DNA of 63,856 bases, counting the filler, from Hausera hauseri (lineage: Eukaryota), in NCBI GenBank assembly GCA_046269625.1. It is 10 parts of 10 records of this genome, joined end to end, with 100 filler letters (N's around TTAATTAATTAA, not from the genome) between each part and the next. Parts side by side here need not be neighbours in the genome. Positions count along the whole stretch, not along the records: positions 1 to 5,501 come from JBJURY010241072.1; positions 5,602 to 15,055 come from JBJURY010374369.1; 8 more parts are not named here. One strand, given 5' to 3'. This document shows, piece after piece, positions 1 through 14,059 of the stretch. The position numbers and the translations under genes were made by a program. Position 1 is the first letter of the stretch, and every line of letters begins with the position of its first letter. A model generated the notes under the pieces. It did no database searches, was not told where the DNA came from, and worked only from the letters and a program-made list of their open reading frames with translations.

Positions 1-179
1 GTACGTCCAACTTTTATTTCGCCCAATCAGTTAGACTTATCATCATTACATGATAAAGCAATTTTTCTATTTGTCACAGTAAACAGCTGGTGCTCAATTG
101 ATCTGATTATCGTTTGTGATGCAGAATGTGATTGTCTCTATTCATCATAAACACGGCGATCATCAATGTGGTTAATTTG

Positions 180-3100
180 TTTGTGCTAGCTGAATTCATT
201 TTGCGCGCATTTTCGACCCAACTTTCTCTTTCATCCTTGAAGCAGCCGATTTTGTTTCTGATTAGGTTGCTATACAATGGATGATTCTATGGGTAGTTGG
301 ACGTGTTCAGTAATCCATCTGTTACCACTTGCTGCCGCAGTTGTTCGCGATTAACGTTTTTCAGTTTCAGTAAAACTATTTGTGTCACTGGCAATTATAT
401 TAATCTTACAACCGACAAACATTTGTCGGTAATGAGCTAAGTCACGACAGTGCAGCTCATACATCCGTATCTTACTCAGATCCAATACTATCTGTCCTAT
501 ATCACGTAAACTATCCTGTATGACTTCTTCTTTATTTAAAAGTACGACAACCAATCCATCAGCAATGTTCATTGACCGCATAAATTGAGCCTTACTGGTG
601 TAATCAATGTCTTTTCATTGTTACATAGGCGCACATTGAGCCGTTTTGACATTCTCCACTGTTTTTTCATAGAGAGAATTGTTTTTTAGCTTAGAGTAAT
701 CTTTTCCAAAATTTCGTACAAGCCGAGGCTCGTTTTTCCGAATTCTTATTTATGTAAGCTTTGAATATCGGAGCCTGGATAAATCGGATTGTGCGACTTA
801 ATTGTCTGACGTATACGCCAAGCTTGATGTAAAATTGCCATAGATGCCAATGAACAACGTAATTTTGCTTGGATTTATGTGTCATAAGGAGCTTCTTCAT
901 ATTTGAGTCAGGTCGGCATTGGTTAAATGGCGTGGTCGGTAACTCGTCCAGAAAGTCATGCAGTTCATCTAGTGTCACAAGAACAACTTTCATTAAGTAT
1001 CCGATTGAGCTGCTTTCTGCTGTGTGTGCTCTCGGTAGATTTCCTATTATTGCATCCAAGTCTTGTTTGTCGACTATCCATTCAAAGAAACCGTATGGCA
1101 AGGGTTGCGAACACGTCCACTCATACATGTTATTAATATCAATATACAGCAACGATGTGGTATTATCAATGGTAGCGCCAACCTGATGCTTGTTAACAAA
1201 CGTCACACTACCACGAATACTTACGTGAAACAGTCGGTACATTTCTGAATCTTGCAACAGTTCTATATCATGATCAAGTGTCATCAGGGCTGATGTTCAA
1301 CTCATTATTGGTATGGAATAAAGTTGAGTGGCTCCAACCTATCTTTCTGTAACGCTTTAGTGCAAAATGCTTGAAAAACACTGCCTAACAAGTACACATC
1401 AAGTTTTAAATTTTGAAATATATACTCCAATAGATTTGTACAGCCGAGCTCTGCCCAAAATTCCTGTGCTTTCTGATATGCATCTTCTGTGATACTAGAC
1501 CATCGCGATGGTAATTCTTCTGTCATATGAAGCCTGTTATACAGAAATATACATTTGCTACGTGGAACGTGCACAGGGATCTGTGTTGATGTTAACGGCA
1601 TATCATGCAAAGCATTTACTAGCTTTGCTAAAGATTCATTCAGAAATTGTAATGAATCAAGAAAGCTAACCTGGAAATGGTTTATACGAACAGAAAAAGA
1701 TAGGTATTTCTCCATCTTAGTAGGATTTATAGATAATTCCAAGTGTGGAAATCCATTTCTTGCCAATTTTAAAATATGGTGACAGTCATAACCTCTAAAA
1801 TTATGAAAGACCGCCGGTAGAAATGGTCGCACACGCTTTGTTAAATTACATGACCTATGTGCAGTTCTTAAGTATCGACCGGTAAAATGGTCTTGATCCG
1901 GTACAAGCTGTTGCTTTTCATCAAGCGGTAATATTTTGTGAAACATTTAACATTCATCGGTGGATGCAAAACGTAATGGTTCGTATTCATCTATCCAAAT
2001 CAGGGGTTTAGTGAAATTATTGTGATACCACTGTGCGATTTCTGCTCTTACTATTGTTTCTAAATGCTTTTCAAAGTCATGTATACAATTCTAGCCATGA
2101 AAAAAGTAATACTGGTGTTGATCAATGGCTTTTATTGGGACTACCAGCATACCGACGGCGATTGAAACATGCTTTTTGTCATATGCGTTGTGCCGTGTAG
2201 AATAGCTTAAATATCAGCATATACCACATACGCAGGACTGTCTGTTTTAGACAAGTTATGAAATCTAAGATCCTTGTTGACAGGCATTACATACCTGAAA
2301 GCATGCAAATATACAGGGCGCCATTTACATCGTATACGATTTTGGATGAACTGGTCATGGTCCATGTTCACCAGTTTGTTTAAATTTGTCACGGCCATGT
2401 AATGAAAAAAAATTTTTTTGCTATAACAGCAACAAATTTGCTAAGCGTCCGTTTCGATTCTCATTTCTATAAATTATGTCCACATGGGGGTTCTTGTAAG
2501 TCTCTTCAACCGCCAGTATTTTTAATATTGTGTCTTACCGGTAAACGTTAATTGACAGTGTCAGATTACGCTGTTCAAACACCGAAAAGGTTTTCAGTTT
2601 CATCGACATCCAACATTCATCAAAATGCCATTAGGAAAAATCCTGTCGATATTGATTTGGACTATATGCATGTTTTCTGGGAACTTGATAATATTTCAAT
2701 ACAGTCAGAATACTAAAGAGAACAGTATTCGTTATCGTCATTGTTTTGTACATTCACTACCGCCAGAGACTGTTTTAGAACTGCAGGTGTCGGCATGAAT
2801 TATTGCTCAGACAAATAAATTATGTCACTCGACTTTGTTGCAACAAATTCTAAAGTGACAATTTTTATAATTCGCCAGCCACTACCCTTTTCGGCTTAGT
2901 TGGCGATTTTTCATCAAACCTTTTGCCTACATCGGCAATATAGTTCATCTCGACGTGACAGATACCATTGTTTCCTGTCGCCTTCTACATTTTCGAATTC
3001 TGCAAGTGCATAATATTGCATTTTGCACTGTTGGAATTTCTTCACTTCAGATTCAAACCGGTTGCGTACATGGGAGGGCACATGTTTTAATTGTATTGTT

Positions 3101-3260
3101 ACTCACGATGATATATCAACTTTTATGTCCACGTACGATCTGTTTAGATCATACTTAACAGTAATGTGAAGGTCAGGTTTCTGTTGCTTCTGCTGTTGTT
3201 GCTGTTGCAGTTGCTGCTGCTACTACTGCTAACTGTCGCTGCTTTAGACGTCTTTCTCCA
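180..3260 (-). pseudogene. Polinton/Maverick-type protein-primed family B DNA polymerase with embedded endonuclease VII-like motif, frameshifted
   Basis: Ordered motifs on the minus strand: N-terminal GSGW and AVVNVQN; VVYADI; DQDHFTGRYLRTAHRSCNL (EndoVII-like); VFHNFRGYDCH and FLDSLQFLNESLAKLV (exonuclease); LYIDINNMY..QPLPYG (region A); NYVVHW..QFYIKLG; KLKNNSLYEKT (region B); IASDTNSF (YxDTDS); HPLYS..KIGCFKDE. Many stops and frameshifts. Confidence 0.9.
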
Positions 3261-3263
3261 GAT

Positions 3264-3557
3264 TTATTGATGCGCGGCGTTTTCTACTTGTTGAAGGAAT
3301 AATACTACTGCTTTTGTTGCATCCATCATTGCTTGCCTTTTGGGGCGATGAAACTGCTTCTGATGTCTTTTATAATCATTATAAAGTTGTTTATAGATGC
3401 TTTGTGCAACTATCGAACAACCAGGGCAAACATAGACCCGTTTATCCAGTATTGTGGTGCCATAATATTTTTCCACATCATTATGACATCCATCAATATC
3501 ATGTGCAGTACGGTGTATATACGGGACAATGTAGTATAGTCCGTGTAAATTCACCAA
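3264..3557 (-). CDS. Small hypothetical protein directly upstream of the Polinton polB
   Basis: 97-aa ORF with a CxxC, co-oriented with and abutting polB; no recognisable family. Confidence 0.35.
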   Translation of the reverse strand: MVNLHGLYYIVPYIHRTAHDIDGCHNDVEKYYGTTILDKRVYVCPGCSIVAQSIYKQLYNDYKRHQKQFHRPKRQAMMDATKAVVLFLQQVENAAHQ

Positions 3558-5501
3558 GATTATTTTTGTGCGTTGTGTAAAATTCGGATAAGGAACTGGG
3601 TTGAAATATTACACTGGACAGAAATACGTGTCCTTAGCAATTGCGCAATACTTCATCATTGTCTGATGATATTCGTTCGCCTCATGTATGCGTGAGATGC
3701 AGTACATTGAGAACATTATTAATAAAAGCGAAATAAAAATACATTGACAATTGTTACATGTATTATATTAACTTTGAGATTAAAATAAATTGAAATAAAA
3801 TAAGTAAAACATAATTTATTTCTTCTATTGTAAGAACTCATTTGACGGTCTCAGAAGTCACTTTACTCAGTTATAAACATTTATTCTCAACACTACTACT
3901 ATGAATCAAATGAAACAGTATATTGATAGTGAGATTCAAAAATTGACTGATGATATAATTACGGGACATATATTTCATATTCAGTTTTTATGTGAACTCA
4001 GAGAAATCAAAATAATGAGTAGGCGATAATATATTGAATTAATAGTTTAGATCTCTCTTCATAACACGTACCAAAGATGAAATGAGACGAAAATGGCAAC
4101 GGTTTCATTTCTTTATTGGACTTGTATTTTCTGTTTCACTTTATATTATAATGAAAAAGTTGACTGATCATATTTAATAGCGACAGATTACATTGTTATC
4201 ATGAATTGTTAAATCTCTTGAATCCGTGTGGGTTATTTAAACCTTGAAAAGTGTCAAATTTGACATTATATTAGTTTATTTAAACAAAGGTAAAACGTTT
4301 TCTGTTCAAGAAAATTTTTGTTCATTTGAAATATATTATTTTGTTATACTTGTTTTCATGAATCAATATGATTTATTTTGTGTTTGTTACATTTCAGTAT
4401 AAATACTTGTGCTTCTTTACTGCATGATATTACGAAATATCTCATTTAACGACATTCATCAGTTTTTATAACTCCTTTTATGGTCTCAGGCGTCATCTTT
4501 ATAACTGAGATCGGCCTTTACATGATGTTCGATATTGTTAGGATTTGTTACTCTGTTCAACCTCCTTCCAACCTCCTTTTTAACAAATTATTAAAAAGAC
4601 AATGTTCGAGAAAGACAATGTTCGAGTACAAAAGCACAAACTCTGATTGAGTAACTTTGATCGAACACACAACTCTTGATAATATACATCGATAGTTGTT
4701 TTATTATTGTGTAGTAGTTTTATTTGTGTAGTAATTTTATAAATAAACCAATATTAGATACATTTACCTTCTTTCGTCATTTGCATTTGTAAACCCCCTC
4801 TGATGGGTGTCTCACTGTTGTTTGCTGCAATGTGTAAATATGTTGTTAGCCAAATAGACACAGCGGCTGGTTGAATAATGTTAGATTGATAATATGAAGT
4901 TGAATCTAATTAACGATCAAATTAACGAAATTACAAAATATAATACAACGAGAAAATTTATTAGAAGAATATCGCATGTTAATTAATTGGACAATTTTAG
5001 AAAACACTTGCGAAATACATTAAAGAAGTAAAGCTAATGGAACACATGCGAAATTTTAAAACGAAATTTAATAAACATTGTCGAAATGCATACTAAGTAA
5101 GCACATAATATTGAAATTACACATGACAATTAATCAATATTGAAATTAATGCATTGCAAATGACGGTTGATTGCCGAATTTTAAAAAATCTACTTTGCCA
5201 TATTGAAAATAGCATTAGGTCAATATGACGAGTAAAACGGATGGTATATAAACTACCACATTACTTGTTAAAACACACTTTAAAATTTTTTTCAGTAAGA
5301 ATTTTCTTATTACAAAGTAATCAGCCTTAAACAGGTTAGATTTTGTTTTTCATTTATCGAACTTATTGAATATAGAATTGACCTTAGTTGAAAAGAAAAT
5401 AATCTTTAGTTACAATTGAAAAGAAATCAGGTAAAAGGAGTCATATTACCATACTGATATTTAATCGAATCCAGAAGTTGGATAAACCATCGAATTACGA
5501 T

Positions 5502-5601
5502 NNNNNNNNNNNNNNNNNNNNNNNNNNNNNNNNNNNNNNNNNNNNTTAATTAATTAANNNNNNNNNNNNNNNNNNNNNNNNNNNNNNNNNNNNNNNNNNN
5601 N
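5502..5601. other. Artificial contig spacer
   Basis: N44-TTAATTAATTAA-N44; linker gives stops in all six frames; identical at nine places. Confidence 0.98.
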
Positions 5602-5746
5602 GAAGATAATTGTTATATAAACTTTTATAATAAACATCTTATGGATCTTACAATCTTCTTACAATCATCAAGTGATGTTGAGGTCGGGATGGTAAAGACG
5701 CGATCTACTAACAGCCGTAAAAATCAGGTTCCACTCAATCCAAACT

Positions 5747-6527
5747 ATGCTTGGTGTTGAAGTCATCAAAACTAAAAAACTATGGCCAACAAATCCCGTG
5801 TGTAATTGTTTCAACCTCCCCGAAGCAAAGTATCTCAATATGAAAGAAAAATCCTATTGTCGAACCGCTAAAGTTGATCCCGAGAATTGCATAATAGTGG
5901 CCGTCAATCTGGCATATGACCAATATAACCAAATGCAGCCAATTGAATGTAGCCAATGGAGATCCAGTATTTTATACGTTAATGACGCCTTGACACCGGA
6001 TAAATAACTACGACACCCAGGTAACCAGACTAACGGAATTACAGATAGCCAATAAGATGGACGTCCAGCTGTTCTACGCCAAAATTTGGGAAATCCTCAC
6101 AGACAAGATTGTCATCGAGGCCGATGTAATCAACATAATTTCCACTTATTTGAAATGTCCACTATATAGAATCGTAGGAATTTGTGATATTTTATATCAC
6201 GAAGAGATTCTCCGTAAATATCCAATGGATTCCTTTAACCCACGTGAGTTAACAAGATTTTACGAAACCAAAAGCATGCCATTAAGAATCACAGTAATGG
6301 TCCCATGTTTCCAAGCCTTATACCGCACATTACAGTGGACAGAAAAAATTATAGATGAGAGGACGGCGCACGAAAAGGTGCTAAAAGCACTACCTATAGT
6401 ATCTAACAAAAAGAGAAGACTAAACATGGACGAGGAGGTTTCGATAGACGGCGAAATCTATACAATGGCCGCCATCCGCTATAATGCACCATCCGGAAAG
6501 ACAATCTTTCTTTCACCGCAATCGTAA
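5747..6527 (+). pseudogene. Orphan protein family ORF-X, copy 1 (probably one disrupted gene)
   Basis: ORFs 5747-6007 and 6057-6527; C-terminal half (DILYHEEILRKY...KKRRLNMDEE...IRYNAPSGK) is clearly homologous to the minus-strand translation of 38985-39323. Confidence 0.6.
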
Positions 6528-9500
6528 ATTGAGGACACTTTCTTTGATTCCCCATCAACTTATTCAGTCTATGATTTTGATTATTTAGTTTATCCAGTCT
6601 ATGATCCTTAATTATTTAAAATTATGATAATTGACATTGTGATCGGTTCGGCTTATTGACTTTGCGAATTATTGACTTATAACTAGTTGATTTCAACCTG
6701 TGATGAGAATTATGTAGAGATACTTTATTCTTGTTTACGTATTTCATGTATGTATGGCGAATTTTCATGGTATTAACGACATCTTTATTGGCATTATTGA
6801 CAGTCGAAGAGTATAAATACGATGATTATTTGTGAACAAACTGAGACAAAAGTGCAACATTAGTATTTTTTCATGACTACTTGTAAGTGTTGTTATACTG
6901 ATTATATATTTTATTTATTTTGAATTCTTGTAATTTAGCGACTTTATAAGTAACATTAAATAACTTCATTAAGAGCTGAGACTAATTTGGCACAGATCCC
7001 GACACACGGTCGGTCCGACGCCATACTATGTAAATAAGGGGTACTTTAACTAAAACCAGTAGAAATCGTTGTACAGCCCTACAGGCTACTGCCTCCAATA
7101 CAGCACCTATAGGATAGGCGTAGGAAAGGCTTACTACATCTGCCTGACATTTTATTCGAATACGCAACAACTTTGTTGACCTTCCCACCATTTCTTACGT
7201 TTATAATAGTCTCTCCCGATCAGACTTAGTGAGGACTGAACAAATTCAGCTGGCAAGCCGAATTAAAGTACTGACAGAAGTCAAACAGTTATAGAAGTTT
7301 TAACAACAAGACGCAGTATATTGATAACCAAAGTAACGGAAATAAATAAAATGGGGACTATAAACAAACCTCGAATAGTAACAGAAATGTGAGAAGGTCG
7401 AAGTCACCTATAAATGAAGGCGGTCGGCAGAGAGTAGGTAAGAATTTAAATCTAATATGCTATACGTGCGGTCAAGGACATATAGCGAGGCCATGTCCGA
7501 ATCCGCGAAGTGTTTCATTTGTTGAACTTAGTAAAACTAGTATGATTAAAACTAATGAGAATTTATAAGCAACCTACGGTATATGGGGTGATAAAAGCAT
7601 GGTGCTTGATGTACAGGATTTATGACGATTCATTAAGAGTCAACCTGAAACTAATAATCCAAAGGTTCTGACAGCCCGGAACGAATACAAGTACAAATTA
7701 AGATTAATGGAGGTTTGTCACGGCCTTTCGGAACCAGAAACCGAATATGAACACACATTAGCCCCCCATAGACGGGTTATAATGACACGGAAGAATATTT
7801 CGGTAGTAAATAAAGAGACGGATAAAAAGGATGAACCACAAATATTGGATGAGGTAGACTTATATACAGATCCTGAACCTACAATGAGAAACAAAAGTAA
7901 AGCAACTGAAGCCGAGGCAATAGAAAAAGAATTTATGGTACCACTGATATTGAGAAAGAGGCCGAAGACTCTCGATTAAACAAAACATAAAAAACGATCA
8001 AGATCCCCAGTAACTAAAGAAAAGAGAGAAGTGGAAGAGACTGGAATCGCTCTAGGAAGCAACGTAGAACCCAATATCGATACGCCAGTCACAAAAGCAG
8101 TGGACGAAACACACGACATACGCCTGCTAAGCGTAGCGAAAATCTTCTCTGAATAAACTGAGAAATGTGATAGAATCATGTGGAAAATTAGGAAGTCGCG
8201 GAAAAATGCCCACGAACTAAGAGAAATTAGAGATTCTCCAATTAACGATTAAACGCGTAGAAACTTGAGAAAATAAACAGGCAAGTAGATATTTTCGGGA
8301 AAGAACATTTCGCTGAAACAATGTATAAAAAATTAATGTTATTAAACGAAAGAGAAACTAACGGATCAATTAAGTTATACGAGCCAGAGGAAATATCCAG
8401 AGAAATGATAGAAAAATGGAAATCTGAATTAAACTTATCGGTAAAAGTGGAATTAATACTACAGAATTATGGATTCGGAATGAGAATACCATTAAATTAA
8501 AGCGGCAAAAGCCCAAGAATTGTTAGCTATGCTAGAAGCAAATCCGAGTTTGAGACGAGTAAAACGCAACTTAAGGAAAGCGATAAATGAAATTAAGCAT
8601 ATTATGATTTCTCATTTAAGAAATAAACCAGTCTATCGACGAGACGAAAATGACCTTGAGATATTGGGTATCCATTCCAAAGACATATCGCCTCTGATAA
8701 GCATCATTGGAGTCGCTCGCAGAAAACTTAGTCGATACAAAAAGATAGAGATTAAAATCAAATTAGAGAACAAAGAGTGAAGAAATCTAACTTAAGAAAT
8801 CAGATAATGGATCTAAATAACGCAGAAAACAAGGTGATAATAGAAGCTTGTATTTTTCAGTTTGACGAATATAAAAATGAGTTCAACTATGCAAAACGGA
8901 TGATAGAACTTATAGAAGGTCCCGACGATGAGTTACAAGATTGCTATGAAACGCTAGAGAAAGCATTAATAGCTAAACCAGTAATTGCCGTCCAGTTAAG
9001 AGAATAGTCTGACCTATTGATAGAATTGAAAGTACACAATCGTATCAGCGGATTCGTGAATATTCCAGCAACATTAAAGGAAGAATTAATCGAAGTGACT
9101 CGGAATCTGAATACAATGAGGGCAGAATACGACATTCGTACACAATTTAACGAATTCCGAGAATTAAAATTTAAGGATACTAGTGAAGAAATTAAGTTGT
9201 TGAGAGATATATGAGATGATCAAAGAACCAAATTTTCGAATTAAGCAGAATACGACTTGCGACCTGTATCGAAAAATGAGAGATATCCGTACGGAAGGAG
9301 TTCAGCACTTAACAAGGAAACCCATAAGTCAAATTACTGCACTTGAAAATATTGGACATATGCCCGGACAACGAAATTTCTATACTAGAAGCAGTAAAAT
9401 TCTTACGCGACCCATCTAAATGGATGCCCAGCTCAGATCAAAAATGGCATGCAGAATTAATAGAAATAATGAAGGATCACAAAATTATTGTTGAAGAATT

Positions 9501-10254
9501 AAATTTCATAAAAAGATTAATTGAAGAAATTGAACCGGATTCTAAGACCCTAAAAAGAAATAGGCAAGCTGATACTGTTATTAGCAGAAATAATCGAAAT
9601 CAGCGACGAAAAAAGAGGCAATTACAAAGCCAGCTATTACATACTCAGAAAACGCAAATACGTATCGAACATAGAAAAGCTGAAATGTACGAGTTAATCA
9701 AAGAATTTGAAGCTTACAGAAACAAATACGCCTTTACGGAGTCAGAAATAATAAATGAGTTCGCACAAAGATAACAACGAGAACTAACCTCACAATTGCC
9801 GACCTATCAAGAAAAGGAATTATTTCAGCAGACAAACTATCCCAGCTGCTGAATTTGTTACAACACATTATGATGGGTATGGTTTCTAAACAGTACGGAT
9901 TGCGGAAGAACAAAGGAGAATGTACGAAATACGGAAACTGTCACGAAACGCGAGTCAATCACTGGACATCTCAACAATTGGTTGCGGACATCCAGAGAAT
10001 AAAAACGAACGGGAATGGAATGCATATTTGAACATTTTAGCAAAAAGAGAATCCGAGAATTCCAATCCACCTCCAAGTAACGGATCTGTACCCACATAAT
10101 CGGAAATTTAATGTGGAGATGTTCCTGGACCCGGCACTAACTGAAAGAAATCTCATTGAATTAATTAACGTAAACATGAGTGCAAAACACGCTTTACAGT
10201 GCGGTGCCAAAAATATTAATAAGGCAATACGCTAGTACTCTTAGGGCTCAACGC

Positions 10255-10491
10255 GGAGTGACATTAAAATTAAGCGTATCGTCTGAATCGATGGCCGAAA
10301 AAGTCTACGAATGCTCAACGGCTTCGACTGTAAGACATAAACAGTGGTTAGTGAGTAATGATGCCGATAACGAAATAAATTACCAACTTTACTTTAGAGG
10401 TAGGATATTAGATAAATTGGAACTATTGATTGATGTCGGAATTATTACAGGGGAAACAAATCGTGTAGTGGCTATAATTACCAACGATTAG
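10255..10491 (+). pseudogene. Ubiquitin-like domain in the retroelement accessory region
   Basis: VTLKLSV...STV...YQLYFRGRILDKLELLIDVGIITGET resembles ubiquitin [26 protein letters not shown]. Confidence 0.6.
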
Positions 10492-11169
10492 AATAAAGAA
10501 GCCACTCGTAAGGCCAGAACTGAACAATGTGTAGGAGGAGTCATGGGAGTTCGAGATGCTGCCATGTATTTTGTTTATCTACAAACCGATGGAGACAAGA
10601 AACAATATGACATAAATTTAGTTCCATTCAGTGGTCACGCGTCAACAACGATGAAACAGAAACGTCCAGTCGAGGAAAGTGCGAGAAGAAACCGACTATA
10701 ATGGAGGTTTAATTACAGAATTGAGAGAAATACCCATACTAACTCTTAATTTAGAAAACGAAGAATTAACTAAGTTTATGAAAAATTTGATACGTTTCGT
10801 AAACTACTCTGGTCTTAGAAGTGATGCATTGGAAGAAAAGGAGAGAATTATAAATAATGCAGCAAGAAAAATGAAAAATTTCCTATTCAAATAATCGAGA
10901 AACATTTTAACTGATGAAGCGGTAGCGGATAAGATCATGGTAGGAAATACCACAGAAGATTAATTAAAAAAACCCGGCGCGAGAAAATGAATTCGACAAG
11001 GCCAAGGATAGTACCTCGAGAAATAAACTGGCCGAAACTATTCGAAAAAGAGGATAACCAATTTAGACCTCTACCAACGGTAATCGAATAGAGGATGTAG
11101 TACGGAATTTACCATAATCTGGCACAAGTCTAGAAAACGACTCGAACTGGCTAATTAACTTCTTAAATA

Positions 11170-12600
11170 AGGGCCGTCACCGTACATGATTGCGATAAAT
11201 TCACACTCGGTCAGAAATATTCGCTGATGGACTTAGAATTTTGTGAAGATGCTAGAACACAAATTAGAAGAAAAAGAACAAACCTAGGTATTATATCAAA
11301 AACGCGAATTGATTTTGTTAGACGGGATAGAATGTATGCCAGTATTTTTCATTATGGACAGATGCATGGACACTTCTATAATAAAGCCAACAACCCCGCC
11401 AATCCCAGTGAATCTAGAAAGACAACACTGCAAAAGGGCTCTGGAAACTGGTAGATTAGTCTAGGATGGAATGGAACTTGAAATGCAACAAAGGAAAATA
11501 ATCAGATCAATCAAAGCAGTAGTCGGAAAATTAGATAAGCATACGCGAGTATGTACTGGGGCCGAATATGATACTGGGAAAGGGAAAGAATGGGGTGTAG
11601 TAGTAGTCGATTACTATAAAACTGAAATGAAAACGCAGAAAGCGATATTCTACAGTGTTACCAAACTCCACCGAAAACCCATAATGCTACATACAATATG
11701 GCAACTGTGCTTTTAGATGTTCAGTGGCGCTATTGGATCCACCCTCTGGAAAAGATTGTAATTTTATGAGAAATTATGAGAACCAAATTGGCACTAATAT
11801 ATCCAAATCCCGAGTTAGCATCACCTATAATTCCAATGAAAGAAGGAATTTTCGGTAGAATCACGGGTGAAGGCTTACTGACTTATGAATGCGAGAAAAA
11901 GGATGTTTCGATTAACGTAGAAGAAAAAAGATGCATGCAAGAATTTCCAATGCTCTATCAAAGTACGCCGAGACTGGTAATGCCATTTACCAGAGTTCTG
12001 TTGGCAAATTCAACGCAACCAACGATATAAAAGGAATGTCAGGCGAGTCTAGGAGAACCTATATTCAGGCGCAGTGAAACCAACTGGATAAACCTACCCA
12101 ACGGAGGACTAACCACTGCACCCAGTAAGTTGACAGAAACTAACCTGGTAAAAGTGATAACTGAGGACAAGTTTCAAGACATGATAACGAAAGGTATATA
12201 TAGACCAAGAGAAGTTGAAGCATTTAGATAACTTCTCGCTTTTCCACGCCAACATAGGCGCGAGTTGAATCGGGCTATGCACACGGTAATAGAAGTCACA
12301 CGTTATCAAGCAAAATGGGAATCACTACTTGGCGCATATCTCTATCAAAGTGTGACTACAGAAATCTTATACAAAATCTGGGGAAGATTCTTAATTTTCG
12401 GATAAGCCGCATCTGGATTTTTGGCAATTTACTTCTTCGTACAACTGGTCAAGGCCATAATTCAAGCAGTCATCAATGTATAAGAGATTTACGTTGGCAG
12501 AATTTTCATGCAAAATTTTAACTGCGATTATAACGCTTTTGATAAATTCTTAAAGTCCTTCGAAGAAAGTAGATGGAAAGGCGACGTACAACGACACGGT
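11170..12600 (+). pseudogene. Chuvirus-like envelope glycoprotein (class III fusogen type)
   Basis: VHDCDK..YSLMDLEFC; FHYGQMHGH; GRITGEGLLTYECEKKDVSINVEEKRCMQEFPMLYQSTPRLVMPFTRVL; TM region FG*AASGFLAIYFFVQLVKAIIQAVIN. These match, in order, remembered chuviral G motifs YDC..SLLD..C, HCGMHSH, GEV....KC..V......CY.ELPV.Y....FL.P..RIL and FG..SAG.IGI..I..LIK..I. Confidence 0.8.
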
Positions 12601-13229
12601 GGATGCCATAACCGTAAGCGACGAAGCAAATTGACATTCAATTATGGACGGAAAATCATTAGCTGAAATAGGCGAAGAGATGATTCAGATGATGACGAGC
12701 CTAAGGGAGGAGATGTCATTTCCAGAATAAATAGACATAAAGCATATTCCGCCATAAAACCGCCGTTGCCTATGCTACCTCCAACCGCACCCATATATGA
12801 ATATTGTGACAAACGATGAATGAGTTCATATCCAACGGAAATTTACAGAAAACCATTAAAATTTGAGGACCCTTACGAGGGAACAAAACACTGGTGTATT
12901 ATGGAAAATGCATGAAACAAGGGGAATGTCTATTCTCACCAACGCCAATCAGTTGATGATCATAGAATATTATATTCTCCAAGAATACCCCAGGTCCGCG
13001 AGAACACACGAAACCAAGAGATGTTAACTTTCAAGAACCATGGTCCCCGTAATTGCACAAAGACAGGAACATCAACCAATAATAAAGGATCAAGAAACAA
13101 AAACTACTAATGGCGTAAGACAATTAACCGATCAGCCAGCCATTTCCACAGATATTAGAATCAAGGGATATAAAGTATCGACGATAAAACAACCCAAAGT
13201 TTTATCAAATCATTATGGAACAATAATAG

Positions 13230-13570
13230 AGAGAAAGCCTTTCGCCCATGTTCGACTGGAAGACTGTGAGGTCTATGCATAATTCGACACAGAATCTGAG
13301 ATGTCATTTATCAAAAACGACGCAATATCGTTAAATCTGTGTAAGCAATTTTATTCATCACCAGCAAGAGACCCAGGCTCTGTTGGAGTTTTTGGGCAGT
13401 CAACGAGATGTAAATATACGTTGAACCCCGAAGTTCATATGATGGACAAACCTTTCATCACGAATTCTCCATAATGACGTAGTTAGCTGACTATGTAGTA
13501 TTTGGATGTGATTTAATGAGACAGCTGCCAAATTTAGCAATAGATTTCCATGCGGGAAAATTAAGAGCTC
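13230..13570 (+). pseudogene. Retropepsin-like aspartic protease
   Basis: PFAHVRLEDCEVYA*FDTESEMSFI (LxDTGS-like) and downstream VVFGCDLM. Confidence 0.75.
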
Positions 13571-14059
13571 GGACCAATAAGAGGAATAAAAACTACAAAA
13601 GACAGGAAACCAGGAGAAGTATGGATTCCGGTAGATGAAACTATTCCACTCAGACCAGAGATGTTAATTTATGCGAAAATTCGTCAAGACGATAATCAAC
13701 CGGCATACTTCGAGACAAACGAGACATTAAATCCAAATATCGTGTTCAGTAATGAATTAACTAGAGTGGTTCAGGACGGGTACCGATCAGATTAGCTACT
13801 AACGCGCCAACGCCAATTAAACGTTATGCGAATACTACCTTGAGTCACATTTATAAAGTTTCGTCAATAAAAACTGAGGAAAAACCGTATCAATGTGATG
13901 AATTTCCATCTCACGTCGAAACAAAGTTCACATCCTATCAGTCGATTATAACCAGAAACGAAGATACTGGCAGAGCAAAAGTTCTAAAACTAACGATCCC
14001 ACTTAAAAAGAAGCCTGAATCAAACGAGGATATTGATCTTGAAGAACAGAAAATACTCA

